Below, in pieces: positions 13,564 to 24,219 of a stretch of DNA of 64,000 bases (positions are counted from its first letter, which is position 1; each line of letters starts with the position of its first letter). Position numbers and translations under genes: made by a program. The notes below the pieces were generated by a model, which saw only the letters and a list, made by a program, of their open reading frames with translations, was not told where the DNA came from and searched no databases. The stretch is from Marsupella aquatica. Taxonomy: Eukaryota > Plantae > Marchantiophyta. Location: assembly GCA_973895155.1 (NCBI GenBank), contig OZ316894.1, positions 18,266,805 through 18,330,804 on the forward strand. The letters are read 5' to 3'.

Positions 13564-13773
13564 TATTGAATACAACTTTTAAGTACTTTGCCACTAAAGA
13601 TTTTTGAATTTACAATACTACTACTATTTTATTTGTATTTACAAATTATATGTTTGTATATAGTTCCCTTGGTTCCTTGAGTTTGTGAACTTGTCATCCA
13701 TAAAGAAAGCATGGCAGTATTGTCAATTAAAACATCTTTAGTGGCAAAATACTTTAAAAAGCTGATATTGAAT
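13564..13773. mobile_element. Foldback/MITE-like element with ~55-bp imperfect inverted termini
   Basis: aagtactttgccactaaagat (~13581) vs atctttagtggcaaaatactt (~13733); pairing extends on both sides. Confidence 0.6.
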
Positions 13774-15073
13774 AATCATCTTGGCTTTCATATTTTTCTA
13801 CTGTCCAAATGATTTTGTAACCAAAATACTCCACCACGGATACCTTATCCTGATACCACCATTTGCAATGAGTTCCTACAATTAGATTTCCCTTACTTCA
13901 CTAAAAATATTACGGGTTCACTTTGTAACTACCGAATGGGATGTGTCTGGTTGTGGTCTGGCTTTGGCCTTTCCTGGGTTGTGGGTTTTTGCCTTGAAAT
14001 GATTTCTTTAAACCACAGCTGCCCCTTCAAGAGCTAGGGGTTACCCCTAGGATCCAAATTTCACTTAACAATATTTTTTCCTGAAATTTGGAGCAGACTG
14101 GCACCTTAAAGGAAAAGAAGTGAGTGGAATGTGTGGAATTTGGAAAAATTGAGACGTGTTCCACGCTTCCCCCTTGGCAGAGTCAAAAGTGGGCCAGAAA
14201 AGGGAGGGACCACCAGGAATATTGACTCACTCTTGACCAGAGATAGTGTGATGTAACATGCAAAATCTAGGATAGTATTATACTACCACTGGCACCAGTA
14301 AAACTACTGGAGAGGCAAAGTCAAAATTGGCAGGGGCTTATGTGGCATGAAAGACGGAGAACCATGACCTTAGACAAATTCTTACATGACCACAGTTTTG
14401 GATGTCCTATAGTTCCTAACTTCAGGGTGGTTCTGGCAGAGAAAGGGTACCTTCTTCCCAAAACCAAATAATCCTGCCGTTGTATCATATACATAACACT
14501 GCCTTAGCTAGAGACAGGATCCCAAAGACAGGAGACCCAATGAAGGAGAGAAGCCAGGGGAAAACCTCAGAAAGACCATAGAACCCATGAGCTCTTGCAT
14601 CGGAGTTTAATTAATATATGGAGGGAAGTAAGGAGAAAAAATGCCGAAACATCACAGAGATTTGACAAGGTACTCAGATAGACTCATGGAAAACCACAAG
14701 GCACAATCCAAACATCAAAATTATACTCCCATGATGTCAATTTAAGTTTCTTCAAAGTACTTTCGTTGCTCCTATTTTGTTTCTCTAGTGTTCTATTATG
14801 TCCATTTAAGTCCTTTGTGTCTAGTGGCAATTCTTTGAAGGAGTCCAGTCACGACAAGCAAAAACAATTAACTTGATAAAGTGTTGTTTATTGTTTGAAA
14901 TTCATTTTTCATTTTTTTGATCTTTTTGCAGTTACTTATTTGGCCTAACTATTGATTGAGTTTGTTTCTTGCTGAAAACATCATTGTTCCTGTTTGTAAG
15001 CAAAAGCAGCCTCATGTGGTGCCAGAAGTTTTGGAAAGAACTTCCCATGGAGTCCATAAAATAGAGTTTCACA

Positions 15074-15290
15074 ATTGAACCTGGGACCTCTTGGTTCTAG
15101 GCTAATCCCCTGGCCAACTGAAAATACCTTGACACCCCTTGCGTGAGGAGGGGGGATTGGACCTGGGATGTCTTGGTTCTAGGGTAATCCCTTTGCCAAC
15201 TGAAGTACCCTCCACAACCCCTTCCGTGAGGAGGGGGCATTGAAGGTGGGACCTTTTGGTGCTAGGCTAATCCCTTGGCCAACTGAAGGT
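15074..15290 (-). repeat. Three tandem ~82-bp tRNA-derived (SINE-head-like) units
   Basis: Minus strand reads TCAGTTGG (A-box/D-arm-like) ... GAGGTCCCAGGTTCAAT (B-box/T-arm-like); a related fragment lies at ~36736-36770. Confidence 0.6.
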
Positions 15291-15426
15291 AAGTCTACAA
15301 GGGAAGTAGAGTTGTCATGGTGGAGGACAAAGGAAAGCAAGAAGAACTAAGAAGGGGAGTTTGAGGAATCATACTCCCTACTACAGTAATTGTACACCCC
15401 TCAGCCCCTACAAAAGCTAAAATCTG

Positions 15427-15990
15427 AATAGGGTGTCTCAAAACTTCAGAATTTAATGGACCTTAACTCCCTACTTTTGGGTCACACACACAAAAAGTTA
15501 CAGACTACCAAATTTGATCATAGTTCAGAACTTGTTGCCACAAAAGTTACACGCTACCAAATTTGATCATAGTTCAGAACTTGTTGCCACAAGCATTGGC
15601 CGTATGCCATAACCATTACTCACTATAGAAGCTAGTGAAAAATAAATAAAAATACATTTACATAACTTGTGAAAACCTTGTGGTCATTCCTTTATGGCCA
15701 AAAGCCACCATCCGTAATTTGAAGCTTTGAGACACCCTATTAGCCTCAAAGCCCGGAGTTAAAAAGGGAAGGCTCATGAAAACCTTGTGGTCATTCCTTT
15801 ATGGCCAAAAGCCACCATCCGTAATTTGAAGCTTTGAGACACCCTATTAGCCTCAAAGCCCGGAGTTAAAAAGGGAAGGCTCATGAAAACCTTGTGGTCA
15901 TTCCTTTATGGCCAAAAGCCACCATCCCTAATTTGAAGCTTTGAGACACCCTATTAGCCTCAAAGCCCGAGTTAAAAAGGGAAGGCTCAT
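15427..15990. mobile_element. MITE-like element (TIR AATAGGGTGTCTCAAA) whose right end is triplicated as a 107-bp tandem repeat
   Basis: Left TIR at 15427; inverted copies end at 15741, ~15848 and ~15955 inside 107-bp units starting 15671, 15778, 15885; internal ~48-bp duplication at 15490-15590. Confidence 0.65.
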
Positions 15991-16494
15991 GGGTAACTCA
16001 AGTATAACGGGAACTCCCATAAAGTTATGGTAGCCAATCTTTGGCTACCTTAAGAAAACACTCAACCTCTAACTTTAGGTCCAAATACCAAAATCTAAAA
16101 ATCCAGTACTCCTGAACTTTGGGAAGCTGCAACTATGGCACATGAGCTTTGTGCCCCTTGTGGTGATGGCTGTTGCATTTGGCTGATGCATTTGAGGTGA
16201 CTACTAATAGAGAAGGGGAAAATGATATAGAGTATGAGACACAAGTGAGGCCATATATCCTGCCTTATGGGGCGGGTCATTGTTACCTACCCCATTTTTT
16301 AGATTCCTTAAGTGGGTCCCATCATTAGATTTCCAAATGGACCACAAATTAGTAACTTTCAACAACAACACATCTTGGAGATAACCCATCTTTGAACTTC
16401 CTATTGGCTCAAGCATTCCTCCACACATCTGTACAGTACCTCCTAGCACACGGAGCCTTGCCTTGAGAGCATCTCTAGAGGTAGGGTCACTCTA

Positions 16495-16745
16495 ACCTCT
16501 AAAACTAATATATAGGCGTTAAGTTTGGAGGGATGGTAGGGTCAAATGCACCTGTAACCTCTAAAAGAATATATAGAGGTTGAATTTGGAAGGATGGCTT
16601 CCCACTGGTGGCCCCTATTCCTAAATATAAAATATATACAGGGGTTGAATTTGGAGGGATGGCTTCCACTGGTGGCCCCTATTCCTAAATAAAAAAGATA
16701 TATAGGGGTTGAATTTGGAGGCCAAATATACCAGTGGCCTCTATC
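16495..16745. repeat. Degenerate ~60-bp tandem repeat (3-4 copies)
   Basis: Repeated ggttgaatttggagggatggctt..ggtggcccctattcctaaata. Confidence 0.75.
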
Positions 16746-17388
16746 CCTCATAAATGAATGGCAGCCAGGCTCCATTTTCGTAGCACCTGATTAGGAGTTC
16801 AAAAGGGATAGTAGAGGCAACATTGCAACAAGCCCCGTCAGAGGCGAGAGAAGCTATGGCGATGGAGACGACCCGACAGAGAGTTTCGTTGTACTGAAGC
16901 TTGAGAGCATGGCGGTGGTGGCGGAGATGTCGTTTCTCCGAGTGATGGGTATAGAGTGATTTTCTTCGGCAGGGATTCGGAGCAGACTCGAGAGGGAGGG
17001 GAGGGCCTGTGTATTCTTGCACACAGACCTATCGAGGTTTCGAGGTTTCGAGCTTTTGAGCTATGGAGTTGTTGATCAAGATCGAGTTCTCTCCCCTTTC
17101 AGCTTAGGTGTCTGGCCTTTGCGGTGAAGAGGTAGGGAGGGAGAGAGCGAGAGAGGTTTGTCACGGCCGTGTCTGGTGGTGAAAGGAAATCACGTCAGGA
17201 GGAGGAGGAGGTGGAAGTGAGACGAAAGGCGGAGAGGGCCGCTGTCGTCAAAAGGAAAGGAGTATTGTGGAAAGGAGCCTGATCGGGCTTGGAAGCTTGC
17301 TGTGTAGTTGTGGTCGTTTCTGTACCAACGACAGTCGTTTGACGAGGGTGGTGTGTATGTCGGTCGGTCGCAGAGCCGAGCGAGCAAG

Positions 17389-17692
17389 GTAACAGTGGGG
17401 ACCTTTTCACTTTTCTTTTGTTTGAACCACTTGGCAATTGGTTAGCCTAGGCACTTGAACATCTGTCTGGTAGTTAAGATATAAATCAGCCGAGGTAGCC
17501 TCGAGATAGGCTGGCTGGTTGGAAGAGAGAGGTCGCGTGGGTTCTGGACGTTAAAATTGTTCGGGGACTCGTGGATTAGAGGCCGCTGAAGGAGGATCTC
17601 TTGGAGCAGAATTGAAGGAGCATAGTTGGTGGGTTTGACTGAGTGCTCGGAGGTTTCATTGTTCGATACATTGATCAGGGTTTTTTGTTTAG
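17389..17692 (+). other. Predicted 5'-UTR intron of VSR copy 2
   Basis: CAAG|GTAACA donor at 17389; AG acceptors at 17677-78 or 17691-92; ATG at 17705. Confidence 0.55.
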
Positions 17693-17704
17693 ACTGGTGC
17701 GACT

Positions 17705-19597
17705 ATGGCAACGTTTCGGTTGAGCCCTGTGTTTGTCGTCGCTGCAATCCTTCACCTGCTGGTTGGCCTGGCATGGGGTGGATTTGTGGTGGAGGAGAAC
17801 AGCATAAAAGTAACTTCACCGGATGACTTGAAAGGCACATATGACAGCGCCATCGGCAATTTTGGTATTCCGCAATATGGAGGAACAATGGTGGGATCGG
17901 TAGTTTATCCAGCGGATGGCGCAAAGGCGTGTATACCAATTGGTACCACTCAGGACTGGCGTCAGCTTTCACAGGGCGGGGGACGTCCGGTCGTTGCTCT
18001 TGTCGATCGAGGCAATTGTTTCTTCGCCCTGAAAGTGTTCAATGCACAGCAAGCCGGAGCTGCTGCGGTACTGGTCGCTGATGACAGAGATGAGGAGCTG
18101 ATCACCATGGAGGCCCCTGAAGATGGCAAGGACAGTATGGATTACGTCGATAACATCACAATTCCCTCGGCTTTGATTAGAAAAGACCTTGGCGTCAAGA
18201 TGAAGAATTACTTGAAATCCGGAGAGGGAAATCTCATTATCAAATTAGACTGGAGGGAGGCTCTTCCGCACCCCGATGAGCGTGTCGAGTACGAGTTCTG
18301 GACGAACAGCAACGACGAATGTGGACCCAAATGTGATGTCCAGATGGATTTCGTGAAGAATTTCAAAGGAGCTGCCCAAATTCTTGAACGGGGAAAATAC
18401 ACTCAGTTCACTCCTCATTACATCACATGGTACTGTCCTCAGTCCTTCATTCAGAGCAAGCAGTGCCAATCTCAGTGCATCAATAATGGAAGGTACTGTG
18501 CACCAGATCCAGAGCAAGACTTCGGTCGAGGCTATGATGGGAAGGATGTTGTTGTGGAGAACTTGAGGCAGCTGTGTGCTTACAAGGCCTTCAAAGATAT
18601 TGGTAGGCCTTGGACTTGGTGGGATTATGTCACAGATTTTCAAATTCGATGCCCGATGAAAGACAACAAGTACAATAATGTTTGCGCCGAGGAGGTTATC
18701 ACGTCTTTGGGGTTAGAGGTCGCTGAGATCAGGAAATGTATGGGCGATCCTGGAGCGGATGTGGAGAACCTTATATTGAGAGCACAGCAAGATGCACAAG
18801 TTGGGCATGGTGATAGAGGTGACGTGACGTTATTGCCGACTATCATGATAAACCAACGGCAGTACCGAGGAAAGCTGGACAAGGGTGCCGTGTTGAAGGC
18901 TATCTGTTCTGGGTTTAAGGAAACCACAGATCCTCCTCCATGCTTGAGTGAAGAGGTGCAAACCAACGAATGCCTGCATAACAACGGAGGCTGCTGGCAG
19001 AGTCCCAAGGCCAATGTGACGGCTTGTCAGGATACTTTCCGTGGCCGAGTCTGCCAATGCCCTGTGGTACAGGGTGTTCAGTTCCAAGGAGACGGCTACA
19101 AGTCTTGTGAACCCATAGGAGCAGGGCGATGCAAGATTAACAATGGAGGTTGCTGGCAGGAATCCAAGGGAGGCGTCACCTTTTCTGCTTGCACGGCTTC
19201 CTTGTTGACAGGTTGTAGGTGTCCTGAAGGATTCAGGGGAGACGGGGTGAATGAATGCGTTGACATCAACGAGTGCTCAGAAAGGTTGGCGTGTCAGTGT
19301 CCAGAGTGCACCTGTAAAAACAAGTGGGGTGGTTATGATTGCCAGTGTAAAGGCGATCTTTTGTATATCACGGAACATGATACATGCATCAGTAAGTTGA
19401 GGTCCGCGTCCAAAGTGGGCTGGTGGATCTCACTAGTGATTGTGGCGGGGGTGGTAGCTATTGCATTGGGAGGCTATGTTGTGTACAAGTACAGAATACA
19501 GTCATACATGGACTCAGAGATCCGTGCAATCATGGCTCAATACATGCCTTTGGACAGTCAGGCAGAGGTTTCTTACGAGCACAACACAGTTCCCTAA
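17705..19597 (+). CDS. VSR: Vacuolar sorting receptor, copy 2; 630 aa, intronless CDS
   Basis: Same domain architecture as copy 1; RGNCFF loop; YMPL tail motif. Confidence 0.97.
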   Translation: MATFRLSPVFVVAAILHLLVGLAWGGFVVEENSIKVTSPDDLKGTYDSAIGNFGIPQYGGTMVGSVVYPADGAKACIPIGTTQDWRQLSQGGGRPVVALVDRGNCFFALKVFNAQQAGAAAVLVADDRDEELITMEAPEDGKDSMDYVDNITIPSALIRKDLGVKMKNYLKSGEGNLIIKLDWREALPHPDERVEYEFWTNSNDECGPKCDVQMDFVKNFKGAAQILERGKYTQFTPHYITWYCPQSFIQSKQCQSQCINNGRYCAPDPEQDFGRGYDGKDVVVENLRQLCAYKAFKDIGRPWTWWDYVTDFQIRCPMKDNKYNNVCAEEVITSLGLEVAEIRKCMGDPGADVENLILRAQQDAQVGHGDRGDVTLLPTIMINQRQYRGKLDKGAVLKAICSGFKETTDPPPCLSEEVQTNECLHNNGGCWQSPKANVTACQDTFRGRVCQCPVVQGVQFQGDGYKSCEPIGAGRCKINNGGCWQESKGGVTFSACTASLLTGCRCPEGFRGDGVNECVDINECSERLACQCPECTCKNKWGGYDCQCKGDLLYITEHDTCISKLRSASKVGWWISLVIVAGVVAIALGGYVVYKYRIQSYMDSEIRAIMAQYMPLDSQAEVSYEHNTVP

Positions 19598-20150
19598 ACT
19601 CATGATCTTCGAAACCGTAGGCGCTGTTCCTTCGTGGAGTGTTTCTCTCAGATGTATATTATTATCTCATGTCACTGCCGCTGAGACAATCTGCCCTGGT
19701 TTTCATGGGTAATTTATATTCCGTTTTGGTCGAGATTAGGAGTCTTGCCCCGGATTGTTGGTTAGCAGATAGACGCTTATGATGATTCTGCTGGCACAGT
19801 ACCTGAGCAACTCAGTTTACGTGTCGGAGTGAGCAGAGTGCTATTTGTTAACACCAGAGTTGTTTCTAGTCGAAGGTTTGAGTCTTTTGAGCATTCTTAT
19901 TAATGAGATGAAGACTTCAGCGCCATTGGCATTGGCTGACGTTATTTCACAAACGTAGCAGGGAAATTTTATTTTTTAACAGCGTTAAGGCTTGGTTTTA
20001 ACTTGCACGAGTATGGGCGTGGATACTCGTTGTTACACAGGGCCGAAGCTCGTCGCTAGTTTCTAGGAAATCCTGAGGGGCAGTCAGGGGTCGGTGTTTT
20101 CGTTGAAAGACTTCTTGCAGCATCTTGCGAAAGCTCTTTATTGAAAGCCC

Positions 20151-22695
20151 ATGGAGACATCTGCTTCTTCTGCCCCATCCGTGGAGACGAAATTGAAGGA
20201 GGGAGGGGGAGTTAGAGGGTTTAGACTGCCAAAGAGCGTGGGATCGTTCATAGCTGGCTCAGCAGCAGGGGTGACGAGCACTGCTGGACTGCAGCCCCTG
20301 GAGGTGATCAAGACACACATGCAGGCGCGTGACGGGCCGCACGGGCATAGCATCAGAGGCGCAGTGAAGACCGTGGCCGAGAGAGATGGCCTGAGAGGGT
20401 TTTGGAGGGGCACTGGTCCTGCTTGTGTGCGTGTGGGGTTCGGGGCGGGTCTTTATTTTGCCATGTTGGGCCCGATCATGTCCAGTTTGCAAACGACCTC
20501 CAGCGGCCTCACCTCCTCCGCTCTTTTCTCTGCTCCTGCACATCCGATGCAGGAGAAAATGCCATCCGCATCCATCACTGCCACTGCAGGGGCTTTGACC
20601 AGATTGCTGGCTTCCACGATAACGTGCCCTATCACGGTCGTGAAAACTCGAATGGAGGTAGGGGCTTAAAGAAATATTTGTTATCACGTCTCGTTTGTTA
20701 ATGTATATCCAGAAATATAAAAAAATTGCAACTTTGCGTGCAATTGTTTTTGCCAATATGTGAGGCAGCTGTTCAGGCTCAGTAAAATACGGTTCAAACT
20801 TTCGTTTAAGTGCTTCAGTTCGCATTATGGCAGCTTGCGTGATTTAGACAAAGAATCTGAGCTCCTTGGAGCGCTTACGTCATATTACTGGCTTGCATCC
20901 ATGACTCTGGGAGCAGTGCTAACGGTGCAGTATGCAGCAGCTTCGGGTTTGAACTACAGTGGGACGGCCAGCGCCCTTCTTTCCATCACTCGAACTGAGG
21001 GTCTTGCAGGTTCGTTGACGTCCTTTCTCTCTAAAGAATCAATGCCTGTGTCACTGAATTTCGTGAATTGTAAATTTTGAATGATGTTCAAGGATGCGAA
21101 ATTCCACGATGGCTGATGAAAATTATGGAAGATGTCTATTAAATCGTTCGGTGATGTGAGGGTGATTCTTGTACTCTGCAGGTCTTTATAGTGGTGTGGT
21201 GCCAACTTTGGTAAGGGACGCACCGTACTCAGGCCTGTATTTGCTGCTGTACACACGTGTAAGGTATCTTCTCAAAGGTATGTATTATTGAACTTCTCTT
21301 GTAGTTGAAATTACAGATTGTTTCAGTTGATACTTCTCATTTTCCTTCTTGGATAAGGCACTGTCTTATTGATCTTTCTTTCTCTGTGTTTCCTTAATTT
21401 GGCACTCTTGCACACCACAACGCCTGAGGTTTAAGGAGAGGTTTGAAGATGGACGAGCACATGGCAGTGCCACTGAAATTCCAGCCCCAGTTACTCCCTT
21501 GGAACATTTGGTAGAAATTGTAGATTACCCGGTCCATAAATGCCGAAATTGGGCAGACTTACATTGCAACACCATTGTTTGGTCTGATGCAGAAAACTTC
21601 AGCCTTAATAGTATTCCTCAATTGTCTATCAACTTCATTTCAGGTATGTTTTGGTAGCCGGAGAGCTTGACTGCTAAAACGAGAGCAACTTGACTGTGTA
21701 TTGTGAGGAGTGAAATTCGTTTTGAAGTACTTGGCAGGCTCTGTGTAATATCGGGAGGAAGGCAAGGACTCTCGTAGCGTATTGATGTGATACCTTCCTT
21801 TCCTATGCAGGGGCTTTTGCTGGATCTATTGCAACGTTACTGACACATCCTCCTGATGTGGTATGTCCTATTTATCATAACCTGTCAAAAATCTGGATTT
21901 TCTTTACCTTTTATCTGAAGTGCACTGATGAGCAGATCAAGTTATCTTGTTATAATTAATCTTTGTGACAAACACTATTGGAATATGTTTTTTCAGGTAC
22001 GCACAAGGCTGCAGCTTGAACGAGAAACCAGCCTGAATATTTTATCAACTGTACGACAGATTGTTCAGGTTTGTAAGTCAGCCATGAAACTAGATTTAGG
22101 GTTCGATGAAATAGTGGTTCTTGGGTATATGAAGTCTATGCCGGAATTGGTAATTTCCTATAATTGGATAGCCCAGCAAGGTTTTCGTGATTTAATCGTT
22201 CCCTGCATTTATCAAATGATGTCCTCTATAGGTCGAAGGCGTCAGTGGACTTTTTGTGGGAGTGTTACCGCGAGTAGGGAAGCGGGGTTTACAGCAAGCT
22301 TTCTCGTGGTACGTGCAAGCTCCCGTCCCATCAACCTTCTGTTTCAAGTTTGCTCGCGGGAATGTCCAGCTTAGGTCTCCAATGGATTTTTAAATAGTTG
22401 TTTTGTGGAACAATGAAAGACCGGCGGTGGAGAATGTTCTGGGGGTGAGGGAACATGTTGAGGACGATCCGTGGTGATTCCAAGTTCTGCGGAAACTATT
22501 TGTTGTCAAATGAGGCGGAGCGCATGTTGGCCATATCTTTAAGTCTTCTGTGTGGTTGATGTCTTCTTTACAGTTGAATTTTATTGTGATTTTTTGTCTT
22601 TGTCTCACGAGTGCACTGCGACTAATTTCGTACTCGGATCGCTTATCAGGACTATTTTTGAGGAGGTTTCTAGACTCTTGGATGGAAGATCATGA
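20151..22695 (+). CDS. Mitochondrial carrier, SLC25A38/Hem25-like (8 predicted exons)
   Basis: Carrier signatures PLEVIKTH, PITVVKTRME, PPDVVRTRLQ, plus RDAPYSGLY and PRVGKRGLQQAFSWTIFEE. GT-AG exons at ~20151-20657, 20931-21009, 21182-21277, 21593-21642, 21811-21860, 21997-22068, 22232-22308, 22650-22695. Confidence 0.85.
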
Positions 22696-23542
22696 TGAGT
22701 ATCATGCACAGAAAGCATCGGCTGACCCTGTAATTGAGTTACCGGCGAGTACTTTCACATAGAACATTTTTCAAACGATCTAATTTGATCAAATCAGACG
22801 GGTGTACAATTCCAATGCTGAGCTCAAGTTATATGCGAGTGTCTCTGGCGACTTGAGATGAAAATAGCTCCGAGGTATTGTAGATAATTCATTGTATAGT
22901 TCTCTTAGCCAATGAGAAAGCTTTTGGCTTGTGTAGAACATATCTGTCTAAAAACTATTAGCGAAAAAATTGACATCAAATCTTTTATATGCACCGTCGT
23001 CTCCTTCTGATGATGAGTTGGTGGTTTTGCACTCCTGGGGAGCTATTGCTTTTCTAAATGCTTCATTGCCCAAAAGTGTAGTTCTCCTTTTGCTCGATGT
23101 GCGAATATGTTAAGCCTAACCTTGATCAGATAGGAAGCTCTGTAGCTGGCTTAAAATCAAAGTGAAAGCGGATTGGCAAAAGTTACAACTTGCACCACCA
23201 GTCCAGTTTAATACCGAACCATGTTGGAGAGACTACAATATAAATCATTGGCCCTTTGCAAAGCCCTCGTTTCAGGGGAGACAGTCCAGGTGCAACATGT
23301 GAAGTCACAGGCCAGAATAATAAAATATCCCATCTACAACTAGAATACCCAATCCCATGCACTTACCCTCTTACAAAATCAATTCTGGGCGAGAATGATC
23401 AACGGCTGTTGGATTCTTTTGCATTTGTTCTCTAAACGTTCAATACAAAAAAGGGCGAGGCAGGAGTACTCCATCCTCACATCGGGCCTGAGGCAGGGTG
23501 CGACCGACTGCCCACTACTCCCTCATAATTGACGTATGCCTT

Positions 23543-23760
23543 GCTACCTACCCAGTGCCCAGGAGTGGAGTCTGTACATAACCTGACCAATGCCCACGAC
23601 TCCTGCCAGGCCCTCACTTTCTCACTCTCAATTGTGCAATAAACAGTCATGGCTACCTACCCAGTGCCCAGGAGTGGAGCCTGTACATAACCTGACCAAT
23701 GCCCACGACTCCTGCCAGGCCCTCACTTTCTCACTCTCAATTGTGCAATGAACAGTCATG
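23543..23760. repeat. Near-perfect 109-bp direct tandem duplication
   Basis: Units start at 23543 and 23652. Confidence 0.92.
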
Positions 23761-24219
23761 GCGCTCGTAGTAACATACCTTTTGTACCTGTCCGGTCCCT
23801 ATTAGCTGCTCTAGTGGCTGTGGTTGGCGTGAAATCTTACTGTCTGGTTTATTTGCAGTTTGTAAGCTTCCTATACCATGCTAGATTACAGACACAAGCT
23901 CCTACTCTCTCCATTTTGGAGTCATCAGTGTAGGCGCCTTTGGGTTGGGGTGTGGGGGGGGGGGTGGAGGGGTTAGGAGAAGGTACGAGAAAATATGATC
24001 AGCAGAGTCCAACTGTGCGTTCAATTTTTTCGTCTGACTCACGTGTTCAGCATATCCACTTGGGTCTTCACTCTTGCAAGAGAGGAAAGCAAGGCAACTC
24101 TTTGGAGTACTGTAAGAGTGTGTTGCGCAAGGCAGGACCATCTACAGTAGTGGGCACTTCCCATTTCACGGCCAATACCCCATGTTTATTCAATCCCCAC
24201 TCTGATTTTCAAAATGTAG

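Noticed and set aside
15671-15990. Regularly spaced repeats as a CRISPR array (also 28132-28410, 37040-37625, 43593-44243, 55772-56370)
   Set aside because: Units are contiguous tandem copies with no unique spacers; eukaryotic context with no cas genes.
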